This document shows, in pieces, positions 27,994 to 42,194 of a stretch of DNA of 64,000 nt. The DNA lies in assembly GCF_009914755.1 (NCBI RefSeq), contig NC_060929.1; one strand, given 5' to 3'. The DNA comes from the human T2T-CHM13v2.0 reference genome, Homo sapiens. The notes beneath the pieces were generated by a model that saw nothing but the letters and a program-made list of their open reading frames with translations, made no database searches and was not told the origin of the DNA. Position 1 is the stretch's first letter; each line of letters begins with the position of its first letter. The position numbers and the translations under genes were made by a program.

Positions 27994-28645
27994 AATACAC
28001 ATACACACACACATAGACAAGCAGGGTTGCTGTGAGCAAATCCAGTATCACTGTGTGGACTAGAACAAGACATTCCTTTGGGGAAAATTGGAAAAGAGCT
28101 CCCTTTCCTCTGGGCAGACACTGACCCATGTCAGGGATGACTTAACAAGCTGATCAAAGAAGGGATTGATTCCAGATACCACTTCACCCCTTCTAAACTA
28201 GGTGCTGGTGCAGTGCTCTACACAGCAACTCTAGAGAGAAGTATAGATGTAGATATGGATATAGGTCAAGATTGTGAGAAATAGAGTGATTAAAAGCCAT
28301 CTAAAGAAAGAAGTTAAATGTTTATCGTTTCAAGGAAATAAGTTGGAAAACAGAGAAACCTCAAAGGAAAAGTAATTACCAATAATATCACCGAGAGATC
28401 ATCCCTATTTAAATGTTGGTTGTGATGCTTTCTATTCTTCTTTTTAAAATGAATACATATGGAGAATACCGATGTGGTATTGTGCTGTACCTTCTACTTC
28501 ATGGCCTTTGTTTTTAGCCTATTATATCCTGCCCTCTTCACATATGAGCTAACATATATTTCAAGCATCCCCTTGTAACAGAAATGTAGCATTCTCTTGA
28601 CCTATTACACATTTGGCCAATCCTATGGTTGGAACTTCAGGCTAA

Positions 28646-29015
<370 letters not shown>

Positions 29016-29959
29016 GCAATTAGGTTTCTTAATTCCTGTCTTAGCCACCTGCATGCCATGGAAAGCCTTCTCGCTGGAAACAAAAGCAAAGGAATCACCA
29101 AGTCTTGTAGTTAGGATGAAGATATAACCTATTAACAAAAAGGTGGAGAAATGCCCTTCTTTGGGAAAATATATCCAGGGGAGCTTGTTCCTGACTCACA
29201 GTGAAGGTTTACCCTGACTCCCACTGGTCACTCGGCCTTCACCGTGAGGGAGGTCCCTGGCTTCCACACTCACGGAGCCAGATGCCATTGTCAGAATCCA
29301 GTGACAAACGGCAGCTGGCTGAAGCTGAGACAGCTTGTTCTGCACCCCTCTCCCTGCAGAGCATCCCCTCCTACCACATTTTTCCCCCAAAGCAGAGAGA
29401 GGGAGGAAAAGAACGTGACTGCCATTTGTGCCTGGGCATTATCTAATTCCTGCCAACGAACGCATTCCTTCCATACCTGTCCATCAGCTTGAGAGGAATG
29501 AAGCCTGGGAACAGGGGCTCACATTTCCTGAGCAAAGTTCTTTATCTTTCCTCAGGTAGAGACGAAACCAGCTTGCTACAAGCTGAAATATGCTTTCAGC
29601 CTGGCTGTAGTAAGAGTACCTCAACTAGGGCCCTAGAGATCACACTCCTCAGGAACTTCATTTTGCAAGCTTGCTTTTTAGCTCATCTCATGGTGGCAGG
29701 TTTGCACTGAGACCCACAGACAGAAGCGGCCCATGGAATTATTGCAAGAGATGCTACATTTATCTTAGAAAGTCGGGCTTTGCTGCCTTCTAGCTCTCCA
29801 ATGGCACATCGTTAGACATCAAAGGACCTTGTAGGACTATCTTCCTTTGCAGGATCCTTTGATAAATTTTTATTTTAAAAATCATGTATTTTAGACATCC
29901 TATTTATGTTCTGAAGTGACAAGTGCTCTGGAAAAATTTAAAAAGCAAATGTATTTAAA

Positions 29960-30035
29960 TAAAGAAGAGACAGAGAGAAGGAAAGCAGGAGAGAGAGAGG
30001 AAGAGGGAAAGGAGAAAGAGAGACAGAGAGAGATG
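29960..30035. repeat. GA-rich low-complexity tract
   Basis: gagaga/ggaa units. Confidence 0.8.
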
Positions 30036-31499
30036 TGAGACCTCACGCAGGCAACACCATGATGTTGCTAAAGGGTAAGATATTTTGTAATCCTCAGAGC
30101 CTCTTTCCTCTCTTACTACCAATTAACAAAAGAAGTCAGCATAAGAGAAATGTCTTTGATTCATAGTCAAGGGACTTTAGTGGTGACATCATGAAAAGCA
30201 CAACTTAGACCTGGACTGGGTGGCCCTCTCAAATGACATCATGGTTGACACAGAGCACTGCCTCTCACAAGCACTACATCATCTGCTTTGCTCAGACACA
30301 GGCTCTGCTCCCTTGACACGACAACATTAACCAGTGGAGGCACCAGGGTGCAAGGGGCAATGCTGGAGATGCCCGAGTCTGCCAAATTGTCTGGATCTTT
30401 CTTCTAATCAGGCTGGAGAGGCAGGCCCTGCTGAGTCAGAGCCCAGAGGTGACAGGAGGAGACAGCATTTGCCAGAGGTTAGGCCACAGATGGGGATCAC
30501 TTCAAACCTGATCCTTGGTTGCCCAGATTTTTCTCTCCCACTTAACCAAATGACCCCATGATCCATTAGTCACTCTTTACTGAGATCCACATAATTACAA
30601 TGAAAAGTCTGAACTGACTTCAAGGACTCAAGTAATTTATCCAAAAGATTCCCCAGATGACTTACCATGGTTTCATCATCAGAGAGTTGGTCTGATAGTT
30701 ACTCCTGTTGATCAGACAATTTCTTCTTCCAACCCTACAAGGAAGCCATTTCAAGATGGTACCTCTCACACTCAGTCATCATCACAAAAAAAGGAAAAAG
30801 AAAATGTTTTATATGAGGCTAAGAGTACCAATGAGGACAATCAGAAAAGTCGAGTCATAAAATCAAGGGCTTTACTCTCCAATGCAGAGAACGGTAAAAT
30901 AGGCACTGCCCTTAAAACTGCTGTAGCAACTTGCCAGAGTACACTTTCAATTATTTATCAGAAATCCCAGTGCTTCCCAATTACTAAAAGGAAGCAGCAG
31001 CTGCTAGGCCCATGAGGCTCCACACAAAATGGTTTGCCCAGGCACAGACAAAATATTTTAGTTTTGTGCCCTGAACTCAAGTTGAATGGTTTTCAAATAG
31101 AATGTGGAGTGGTCATCTTTGTCTAAAATCGGAGCAACTTAGAAGAACAAAACCGGAAGAAGATAGTCAGCATTCAAGCATCAAGTCTCTGGTAAAAATA
31201 GATGCTTTCAAATGGGTTTATCTAACTCTATTGTCAAGCAAATCAGGGTCTTTCTGGGTCAGATGCTATTCTGGACATGAGAGCAGGGGCTCTGGTTTCG
31301 CTTGGTCTCTTATCTTTAGCATCTGGCACTGTACCTGACACCTAAACCTGTGTGAGTGAATGAATGAATTAAATCAGAACTGTAGTTTTGTGGCCAAGTC
31401 AAAGTTCACTTAAGTTCAGAGAGCAAACAGTGACATACGGCAAATTAGGAAATTTAGCATCATTACTTGGCTTCTGTAGAGCTCTAACAAGAAGGGTTT

Positions 31500-31865
31500 T
31501 TCCTCAACCCCAAAATGGCTCAAAAGCCTTAAAAATGTTTATAACATTTGACCCAGTAATCCCACTTTGGGAATCTAACTTACAGAAATAATCTAATAAA
31601 TAAGGAGGGAAGCATCCTATTTTAAAAATTATTTCTCAAGGCATTAAAAACTTACCAAATGTACCATAGAATGATTAGGTGAACTAAAGATTATTTAAAT
31701 GAAAAACTGTTATTTATTTAATAATTATTTAAAAGAAACAGGTAAAATGCTTATGATGTTGAATGAAAGCATATTAAAAAGCATGTTATATAATGTTCTT
31801 TAAAAAGCATAAATAGAAGAAAATAGGCAAAATGTCAATAATTTTCTTTGGGACACGGGTCATGG
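31500..31865 (+). mobile_element. Old L1M (L1ME-like) 3' fragment
   Basis: tttgacccagtaatcccactttgggaatcta (FDPVIPL) followed by degenerate 3'UTR. Confidence 0.6.
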
Positions 31866-31867
31866 AT

Positions 31868-31952
31868 TATATATATACACACACACACATTTATATATAT
31901 ATACATATATATATTTATATATATACATATAATTTATATGTGTGCATATATA
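31868..31952. repeat. (TA)n/(CA)n compound microsatellite
   Basis: tatatatatacacacacacacacatttatatatat... Confidence 0.85.
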
Positions 31953-32067
31953 AATTTTTTAAATTTGTCTGAAACACTGCCCTAAGAAATCACTTCGCTC
32001 TTCAGTAGCTTCTAAGAAGGAATCCTTTTTCTGGGCTCTTCCATCCTGTAGTGTAATGCTATATATC

Positions 32068-32370
32068 TTTATTTATTTATCTTTTTTAAGGTGGAGACAC
32101 CCTGTTTTGCCCAGGCTGGAGTGCAGTGGCACAATCTTGGCTCACCACAACCTGCGCCTCCTGGGTTCAAGCTATTCTCCTGCCTCAGCTTCCCGAGTAG
32201 TTGGGATTACAGGCTCCCAACACCACGCCTGGCTAATGTTTTTGTATTTTTAGTAGAGACGAGGTTTCACCATCTTGGCCAGGCTGGTTTGAACTCCAGA
32301 CCTCAAGTGATCCACCTGTCTCGGCCTCCCAAAGTGTTGGGATTACAGGTGTGAGCCACCACGCCCAGCC
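32068..32370 (-). mobile_element. AluS
   Basis: Antisense dimeric Alu. Confidence 0.92.
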
Positions 32371-32894
32371 TGTATCTCTTTTAACCAAGAACTTGGATAT
32401 TGTTTCAAAGAATTCTCTGATCCCTTCATGTTGCCAGCCAACATGGACGGTGAGCCTGGCAAATGTAATTACTAAGTTCTCTCTGGTGACAGCATTGCAC
32501 AATCCAGGCGACTGCAGCTCACGCTCATCTGCTTGTCACTAAAAGGCGGCTTGTATTTGGAGTTACTGGAAATAAGAGATGACTTTTGAAAGATACATAT
32601 ACTCACAGGCAAAGGTGGAGCTGGGGGAGGAGCCAGCAGCATCAAACTGTGGTTATAAGACACTTGGAATTGGACTTGGACACGGCAGGGGAGCGGGGGT
32701 TATAATTCCTTGGTAAGCTGCTTGTTCATCGAAACCTACAATTTGCCATACTCTGCAAGCACCTGGCCCGAAAGGCCATGCGTCACTCCATTGTTTCCCT
32801 GTGTTTTTGCACCAGGAGAGCACGTGTGAGTAAGATGCCCCTCTCTAATGTGCTGAAATGGCAATCAAATCCAAACTCTCTTAAGAGATACTTA

Positions 32895-33227
<333 letters not shown>

Positions 33228-33254
33228 TCATTTGGACATTTGGGATAAACTAAA

Positions 33255-33935
<681 letters not shown>

Positions 33936-34917
33936 CAAAAGTCATGACCTCCAAAGAAAATTAGGAAGATAAGGAATGGTGTTTGTTATTAGGCTCAGCA
34001 GACATCCTGGTGGAACTGTAGAAAGAGCTGAGATAACAGTGAGATGATCTGATTCAAAACTCCCTTGTTCTCTTTGGTGGGACCCAGGTAAGTCACTTAA
34101 ATTCACAGAATGTCCATTTCCTCATATGTAAAAATGAAAATAATAACACCTGGTTGACAGAGCTGTTGCAGGTGTCATATGAATAAGCATCATCAGGGTC
34201 GTGAGGTTGTTCATTTACTGCTGTATCCTCCCTGCCTAAAACAGTGCCTAGCCCAAAGTAGGCACCTGATAAATATTTGTTACATGAGCAAATATATGGA
34301 AATAGTTCAATATGTCATCCACTTCAATATATTGTTGCTGTTAATAATAATATCGAAGCCTCATTAATCTGCTTAAAAATAATCTGAAACATGAGGGAAG
34401 GAAAAATACATTCTAGTATATGAATATGGAATACTACAAAGCAGTTAGTTAAACTAGACTGATCATGTGTCAGCATGAGGAGCTCAACATAATGTTGAAT
34501 GAAAAATGCATGCTACAGAATGATAGAGTATACTATTTATGTATAATGTTTGAAAATATACAAAATGTTGCAATATGTGCCACATATAGATACGTATTTA
34601 AGTGGTGAAAAAAAATCAAGAAACATGGACCACAGAGGTTCACTAAATACACAGTAGTGGTCATCTCCGGAAAAGGGCAGAGTGCCCTTTGAGGCACAGC
34701 CAGGTCATAGGAGCAAAGACCCTCTGGGTTTCAAATAACATAGCTATAGACAGGTCTAAGATTAAGTTAGCTCACCCATTGGCTGCATTAATTATCTGCA
34801 ACTACATTACTTAGCTGTTAACGAACACACAACAATGCACAAGTTAAAATAGTAAAACATACGAAAATCTGTTTGGGGATTACTGATTGTAAATTACATG
34901 CTTGGAATAGGTTAGCA

Positions 34918-35105
34918 CAGTGGTTCTCCGAGCGCAGTACCTGGAGCAGCATCAATATCATCTGGGAACTTGCTAGAAATGCAGGTTCTCAGGCCCCAGC
35001 CAGACCACCTACTGAATTCTGAACTCTGGGAGTGGGACCCAGCAATAGGTATTCTAACAAGTACTGCCGGTTATTCTGATGCTTACTTCCAGATGAGAAC
35101 CACTA
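34918..35105. mobile_element. MER5A hAT-Charlie MITE
   Basis: TIRs cagtggttctc / gagaaccacta; gggaacttgctagaaatgcaggttctcaggcccca; TSD ggttagca / aattagca. Confidence 0.85.
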
Positions 35106-37789
35106 AATTAGCAGGGTCTTCTGAGAAGGGCTCTTGTCCCACTGAGCCCTAAGTCCCTTTTATCTCTGAATTAGTTTCTTTATCTTTTAAAATATAAATC
35201 TCATCCAAACGACTTCTAAATTCTTTCCTGATTCTGCAGGTTTACGATCATGCACCAACTTAGAAAGCTGTTAACTTTTAACACCTACTTTTTCAGCTTG
35301 GAAAAGGAAGGCCAGAGATCATTATCTGTACTTCTTACTATCCTCCTCCTTGGCTGACTCTGTGGCTTAGCTATGCCTAAACCATTCATAACCCGATTCT
35401 TCCTTGCCTTCCTCTACAATTGAGGCTGTAAAGCAAAAGCATGAACTCCCTGTACTTCCCTTGCAGAACATGTGAAGCAATACTGGCCTTGGAGATCTGA
35501 AGGAAAGGGTTTAGCTTCTTAAATATCAAACAAAGTCTAGAGAGAGGGCACTTCACAAGTATCACTTTTGTGTAGCAGCTGTCTTGCAAACCTAAAGATG
35601 AAGCCACATGGTAAAGATGGTAGCCCAGGCAGACAGAAGGAGCCTGGGTCTTCCACACCATCCTAGAAGAGCCACATCAGCTCTATTCTGCCTTCCTCAG
35701 GACTCAGAGTCCTGTTTCTTTAAGCCACTATAGTTGTACACATTCCTGTTTGAAGTACCCCACATGTCCAGCACACACTATGCTCTAAGGAATGCCTGTG
35801 GATGATAACGGGGTAAAGAAAAAGGAAGGGGGAAAAGGCGGAGGAAGAAATAGAGAGGTATGACAGAGGGCTGAAGAGAGCCAAGTGAAATTCCAGAAGA
35901 CAGGAACCTCAAAGTAGTAAGTTCTGAGCAAGTTTGTAAAGGGAATAAGGGCCTGAAAGAGAGGAAAAAGAAGGCATGCCAAGTCTGTATTTACACAAGA
36001 AACTGTGTTATATCCATTAAAACACAGGGTTGAGGTGCCAGTTAGACATATTTTGATACATATTAAAATGAACATACAACTATTAAAATTTTTTTAAACA
36101 TGGTCCACGTGCCACCAAAAATCATCTTGTGAACCAACAGAGATTTGCCTGGCACTCAAGGGAAAGGCTGACTTATGCAAATTCCTGGGCCAGAGGGTTT
36201 GCAGTTTCAGTAGATCTGAAATAGCAAAACATAAGCTGGAATGATCCAAATCTAAGTTTGCATGAACTAAGCAGGAACCAGGACTTCTCAAAAAGCATGT
36301 TCCGTATCAAGCTGAAGGTCTGTATGTCTATTCTATTTTCCTGAGATGCACTAAATTTCTTGGCTAACCCCAAGTATACAAGGAAATACGGTGCACACCA
36401 AGAAGAAAGAATGACTCCTGTCTAGCTCTGGGAAGATTCCCGTGATCTGTAATCCCTCTGGACATTTATTTTATACTCATAACAGGGTTGTGCAAATATT
36501 TTAATGGGCATTTGCTATATTTTGAGGTGTACAGTCTTGTTGCCAGGCATTTATTTTTTTGAAAAGATGACTTTTGGTATTATTTTTATTTTCAAGCCAT
36601 TGCTTTTGTTCCTATTCTACTCTCACAATGTCTTTTCTCTTTGCAACTACCTCTTCAGTAGAGAGACATAGACAACTGTTTCCTGTGTGTGGGGAGGCGG
36701 TTACAGGTGCATTAGCTGTGATGATGGCTAGCAAGAGGTGCCTGTAGTTTATGATCTGCACCTTATCCTTCTTTTCCTTCTTTTATCCAAGTCGAGATAT
36801 TATATTTCTACCTGTAGGCAGGAACTTCCTCTTTCTCCATTCCCTTTCCCCACCTGCATCCCTCAAGCCCATTATCTCTGTGGGCACGGCCCAGGCACAA
36901 GCCTGCTTCACTTTACAGTGTTTGTCAATGCACTCTGTGAAGGACATGCCACAGCTGTGGTTCAACTTCTTGGAATCTTGAGTGGTGAGAGCCCACCTTT
37001 GCCACCTCCCCATGAATGTAAAGCCTAGAGCCTGCTGGTCTACAGCCCATAGCCGTTGAGCTGTGTCATCTATGCATAGAGCCATGGGAGTTGGCTTGCC
37101 AACAGTCTCCATGGAGAAGGGCACTGGTTACAAGAGAAGTCACTGAGCGACATGCTGACGTATCAAAGGATGCTCAAGGTTGTCAGGGATCACTTTCCTT
37201 CTCGAGGTGGGAGAAAAATAAAATCTTTATAGTAGGAGCTAGATTAAGGGGGAGGGAGAGGCAGAATGAGAGGGTGAGAATGACATCTGTGTCAACTGTT
37301 TATTTTGGTGATTGTCTGCAACTTGCAGGCAACATGGCTGAGCAAAGCTGTCATGGAAACACAATTTCACTGCAGATGACAAGTTGGCATAAAGACAATG
37401 TAGGTGCAAAAGAGGTATGGGAAACAAAACTACCTGTCAGGCAGGCAAAGGGAGGAAGAAAATCTACCCTCACATACTTTCCCATAATTAAACGTCAGAT
37501 GTACACAATGCAGTAAAATAATTAGCATGGCATAATTACTGTTCCGATGGAGTCTTGTGTATATGCCAAACAAATTGCTGTACTAGAGCACAAGCTGTTA
37601 AAACAAATTGAGTTACTTAATTTTTACATGTAGCAGCCTGTTTTATCATTTCCTAAGATGCAAATGTTTCATTAATAATGCAGGTTTTCTAAATGTGCAA
37701 AGCTTTGGGCCATTGCAAAGGCAGATCCACTGGCCTTCCTCTAGAGACTATAGATAAAAAGCAACTGATTCCCCTATTCCACGCTTATC

Positions 37790-38650
37790 TGCTCAAATCT
37801 TCTCTCAACATGGTAGCCAACAGGATATTTTAAAGTCATAAATTAGATCATGTTACGTCCCTGCTTTAAGACTTCTCAATGGCTACTCACTGAGCTTAGA
37901 ATCAAGTCCAATAAGGTCTAACAGGAGTGGGCCCCTCGGTCTCTTTGCAACCACCTGGGGCCTCTGTCCCTCTCACATGCTGCAGCCAGACTGGCTTTCT
38001 TTCAGCTTAAGTTCAAGTCTTCTTGGACCCAAGGTCTTCATGCTTGCTGCTCCCTTTGCCCAAAACACTCCTCCCCTACTCCTTTGCCTTCTGTCCTCCC
38101 TTTCTCCCACTCCCCCATAGCTGCCTCATTCTTTTCCATAGGACTTAACTTAAACTGTGCATCCTCAGGGACACCTTTCTTGACCACCCTATAAAAAGTA
38201 GGCCCTGATGGCAGGGAACATCACACACTGGGGCCTGTCGGAGGGCTGGGGGCTGGGGGAGGGATAGCATTAGGAGAAATACCTAATGAAAATGTCGAGT
38301 TGATGGGTGCAGCAAACCAACATGGCACATGTATACCCATGTAACAAACCTGCACGTTGTGCACATGTACCCTAGAACTTAAAGTATAATACTAATAATA
38401 AAAAAAGTAGGCCCTGACCCTTCATGCCCCAGCTGGTCCACTAGAGCTCTTGGCTAGGCCCCTCCGTGGCATTTATTGCAGCTTGGACTAGAATTTTATA
38501 TGTAGGTTTTTGTTATGTTTTATTTTCATAAGGCCTACCTCCTCCACAAGACTAAGCATCTTCAGGGCAGAGCACAGCTGTCTTGCTCACCACTATATAT
38601 CCAGTGTCCAAACAGTTTCTGACATATAGTAGCTGCTCTATAAATATACA
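37790..38650 (+). mobile_element. L2 fragment interrupted by L1PA
   Basis: ttagatcatgttacgtccctgctttaagacttctcaatggct...cttgctcaccactatatatccagtgtc. Confidence 0.7.
38209..38401 (+). mobile_element. 5'-truncated L1PA (PA5-PA7-like) 3' end
   Basis: gggatagcattaggagaaatacctaatg...tgtaccctagaacttaaagtataat; perfect 16-bp TSD aaaaagtaggccctga (38193-38208, 38402-38417). Confidence 0.95.
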
Positions 38651-38744
38651 TGGACTATGTGTTGTGACACTGGGTAAATCACTTCCCTTCACCACGCATC
38701 TGTTTTCCCCTCTAACAAATGAGAGGGTGGACTTGATCAGTGTG

Positions 38745-39051
38745 TTTTGTTTGTTTGTTTTTTGGAGACGGAGTCTCACTCTGTTGCCCAGGGTGGGAGT
38801 CCAGTGATACAATCTCAGCTCATTGCAATCTCCACCTCCTGAATTCAAGCAATTCTCCTGTCTCAGCCTCCTGAGTCAATGGGATGGGATTACAGGTGCC
38901 CGCCACCATGCCTGGCTAATTTTTGTATCTTTAGTAGAGATGGGGTTTCAGCATGTTGGCCAGGCTGGTCTTGAACTCCTGCCCTCAGGTGATCTGCCTG
39001 CCTCGGCCTCCCAAAGTGCTGGGATTACATACGTGAGCCACCACACCCGGC
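38745..39051 (-). mobile_element. AluSx-like
   Basis: Antisense Alu; TSD gatcagtgt. Confidence 0.92.
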
Positions 39052-40530
39052 AGATCAGTGTTTTTTTTTAATCCATGAGTTGTTCTCTTTTCCTGGGTTC
39101 ATAAGACCAATTTAGCAGCTGTTAGCACAAATACTTTCAAAACATGAAATAGCACAGAAACTAGCAGGAACACAGAAACAATACTTACCCTCACCATCAG
39201 TCATGCCTTTTATCAGTGGTAGTGAGGACAAGTATTGTTTCATGACACTCTTCTTCCAATATTTATATATGCTTCTGTTTCCTGAGTCATGATATAAATT
39301 ATACATATCTCTTTCTGTGGGATGCACACAAAAAACATCAGGAAGTCGCAAAATACTGGAAGCTGGAAAATGACAGAACTAGGCAATCTCCATGAGCTCT
39401 AAACTTGCTTCCAGCCTTGTCCTTCTAAGATCCTTCTCCCCACAACCCCTTCACCACCAATGGCAGGCCAGGAAGGTTTTTCTAAGTAGGATAGAATCAC
39501 TTTGCCCCAAGGAACCTGAGAAGAAACTTTAGGCCACAGCCTTGGTACACAGAAGAAAGTGTCACCATCTCGTCCTGTCTCTACCACCCCTCACATTACA
39601 GATCACTTCTCTATATCACGGACACGGATACACAAACTCCTTTCTTTTCCAACCCTGCTCCCTCCTGGGACAGTCTCTTGAACATAAGGAAATAGGTCAG
39701 AAAACCAGAAGGGGAGAACTAGAAATAAAGTTGTTTCTCTCTTTTCCTACCAAATAGGAGCTAGACTGGACATCACAGTCAGAAGCCAGCTTGAGGGGAG
39801 GGGGACAATCGCCTCTCCAGATCAGGCCTCAGAAATCGTGGGTAGTTTCCGTCAACATGGGAAACTTAAGAAAAAGTAGCATGAACTACGAGACTGAAAC
39901 AGCAGTGGTGATTCTAAAGACTCAAATAAAAGGGAGTCAGGGCATTGCCTTTTTGAAGTGCCTGCTACCCTGCCCATTAAAGGGCAGGTGTTTCCCAACA
40001 TCTCCCACAGACCCACACAGCTGAGCCCCAGCCACTCCCTCACAAAGGACTCCTGCCACTAAGCACAGCAGCTCCTCTATTCTGGACAGGGTGGAGGTGG
40101 TGGCCAGAACTTTGCTGTTACCGCTCCTATGACTGTGAACGGTCCCTTGACCAACCTTGCTCCAGAAATGGCAGGAAACAATAGTCCCGTCGTGGGTCAG
40201 TCTGGATCACATGTCAACAAGGCTATGGTGGAAACTGCTAACCTGACCATCATGGATGTTAAACTTGGTGACCTCTGGCCCCATCTTTCAACGCCTAAAA
40301 ACAAGCCCAATGCCTCAATGCCTCATTATGGGCCTGGATTTGCTTTCCCATTGGAGAATGGGCCAGGGTATTCTTCTGGCTAGGAGGAGGTTGTGTGTGT
40401 TTGGGGGTGGGGAGTGTGTATGAGTTGAACCATTATAACGCAAGGAGCAAGACTGGGGATCTGGGACCCACTTCTGCTTTTAGGCCTCTGGACTTTAGAT
40501 CCTAGCCACCCTATGTGTTTCTTTTATATG

Positions 40531-40662
40531 TTAATTTTTAAAAATAGAGATGGGGTCTCCCTATTTTGCCCAGGCTGGCCTTGAATTCCTGGACTCAAGT
40601 GATCCTCCTGCCTTGGTCCCCCAAAATGTTAGGATTACAGGAGTGAGCCACCACACCTGGCC
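40531..40662 (-). mobile_element. FLAM (Alu left monomer)
   Basis: tagagatggggtctccctattttgcccaggctggcc...caagtgatcctcctgcc; ~130 bp. Confidence 0.85.
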
Positions 40663-40942
40663 AGTTTCTTTGTCTCTTACCCAGAAAGCTTCACCAAGGG
40701 GCGAGCATGATTATGCATGAGCTTCTTAAATCTGGACTTCCCGACAGCTTCTCATGACAGGTCTTCTGTGGAAGACTCCTTAGATTCAGACCATCAGGCC
40801 TTTCAAAAGCACAGGAACCTACTTTACCTCGCCCAACTCTACGGATGGGATAGGAACTTACAAGGACATTTCCTCATTGGATTCCAATGTTCATTCTCCC
40901 CTTCTCTCTCTCAATTAATCTCCCCCTCTTCTCTTTCTATCT

Positions 40943-40946
<4 letters not shown>

Positions 40947-40996
<50 letters not shown>
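40947..40996. repeat. (AC)15(AG)10 compound microsatellite
   Basis: Read directly from the sequence. Confidence 0.95.
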
Positions 40997-40997
<1 letters not shown>

Positions 40998-41367
40998 AAC
41001 AGTTTGCTTCACAGCGGGAAGCAGGGGAAGGGTATCTATTTCCGGCAAGATCCCTGAGGAGGCCTCAGGGGGCTGGTAACTTATTCCCCTCGTCTTCTCC
41101 TATCAATGCAAATCTCTCCTCTCATTAGCCCACCCTGGATCTTAGACCACCTTCTCTGCTCAGCTCCTGGCCAGGATACCCTCCTGACAGGGGTTTTTCC
41201 TGGCTTACGTCCCTTCATCCACATCCCCCAAATGGCCACTTGCTTAGGTGGCTCTGACTTTGGTGCCCTGGGGAATGACAACTGTGATTACCTTTAAACT
41301 GCCTCATACGGTGCCACATAGCGCCACAGAGACCCTCACATCCTTGCCTTGCTCCCACCCAGAAACC

Positions 41368-41478
41368 TAGGGTGACCAACTATCCCCATTTGCCAAGGAC
41401 TGATGGGGTTCCCACGATGTGAGACTTTCAGAGCCAAACACGCAGTCCCTCACAAAGCAAGATGAGTTGGTCACACCA
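41368..41478. mobile_element. MER94-like hAT MITE
   Basis: TIRs tagggtgaccaact / agttggtcacacc; gatgtgagactttcag. Confidence 0.7.
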
Positions 41479-41761
41479 CAGCAGCCTAGAGTCTGGTCTT
41501 GACCTGTGGGCTCCTTTTATGACCTTTTCCTCATCTCCAGGACTCCTGGGCCCTTGTCTCACCTCTCTCTCATTTACTAGATCTCACCTGGCCCCTGAGT
41601 GGGACATGTGATTTAACAGAGAAGGGAGTCATGCAAAACCAAAAACTATCAAGATAGATGCCTGGGTTTGGATCCTGGCTCAGCACATCTGTGGGCCAAT
41701 TACATAAACACTCTAGGCCTCAGTTTTCTCATCTGGAAAATGGGGCAATAGCAGCAGATGC

Positions 41762-42194
41762 TGTTGGTACACCACCCAATTCCCCTTTTCTGTGTTGGTG
41801 CATTTGACCCTGGCTGCTGTGAAGTTTGGCTGCTAACAGCTCAATATAGCCCTTGCAATATGGGAGCTCTCCCGTAAACGCATGGGACTTATACCCCACC
41901 CTGTCCTGGGCGATGTGACCTACAGCCAATGACTGGTGGACGGAAAAGAGCGGAAGCCCTGCCCCCTTGCCTCAAGTGAGAACAGATCTGTGGTGCCATT
42001 CGCATGGGTCCTCCTGTGGTGTCAGGCTAAGGCTAGACTTTTCCTGCAGCCACATATCTGCCTGGCTTCCTCCCCTGTCTTCTCCTGCTGCCCCCATTTC
42101 TTTAACCCCTTCCCCCCTAGAGCACTTCCTACACAAATCCCTTGCACAAGAATCCCTGGTTCAGGTTCTGCCTCTGGGAAAGTGATCTAAGACA
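41762..42194 (+). mobile_element. LTR16A-like ERVL solo LTR inserted in a MIR (41650-41760, 42195-42280)
   Basis: TG...CA ends; cagccaatgactg, ggctaaggctagacttt, cttgcacaagaatccc...ctaagaca; MIR continues on both sides. Confidence 0.75.

Noticed and set aside
40663-40690. Strong-looking + strand acceptor tttctttgtctcttacccag
   Set aside because: No convincing donor or coding frame downstream; such sites are common by chance
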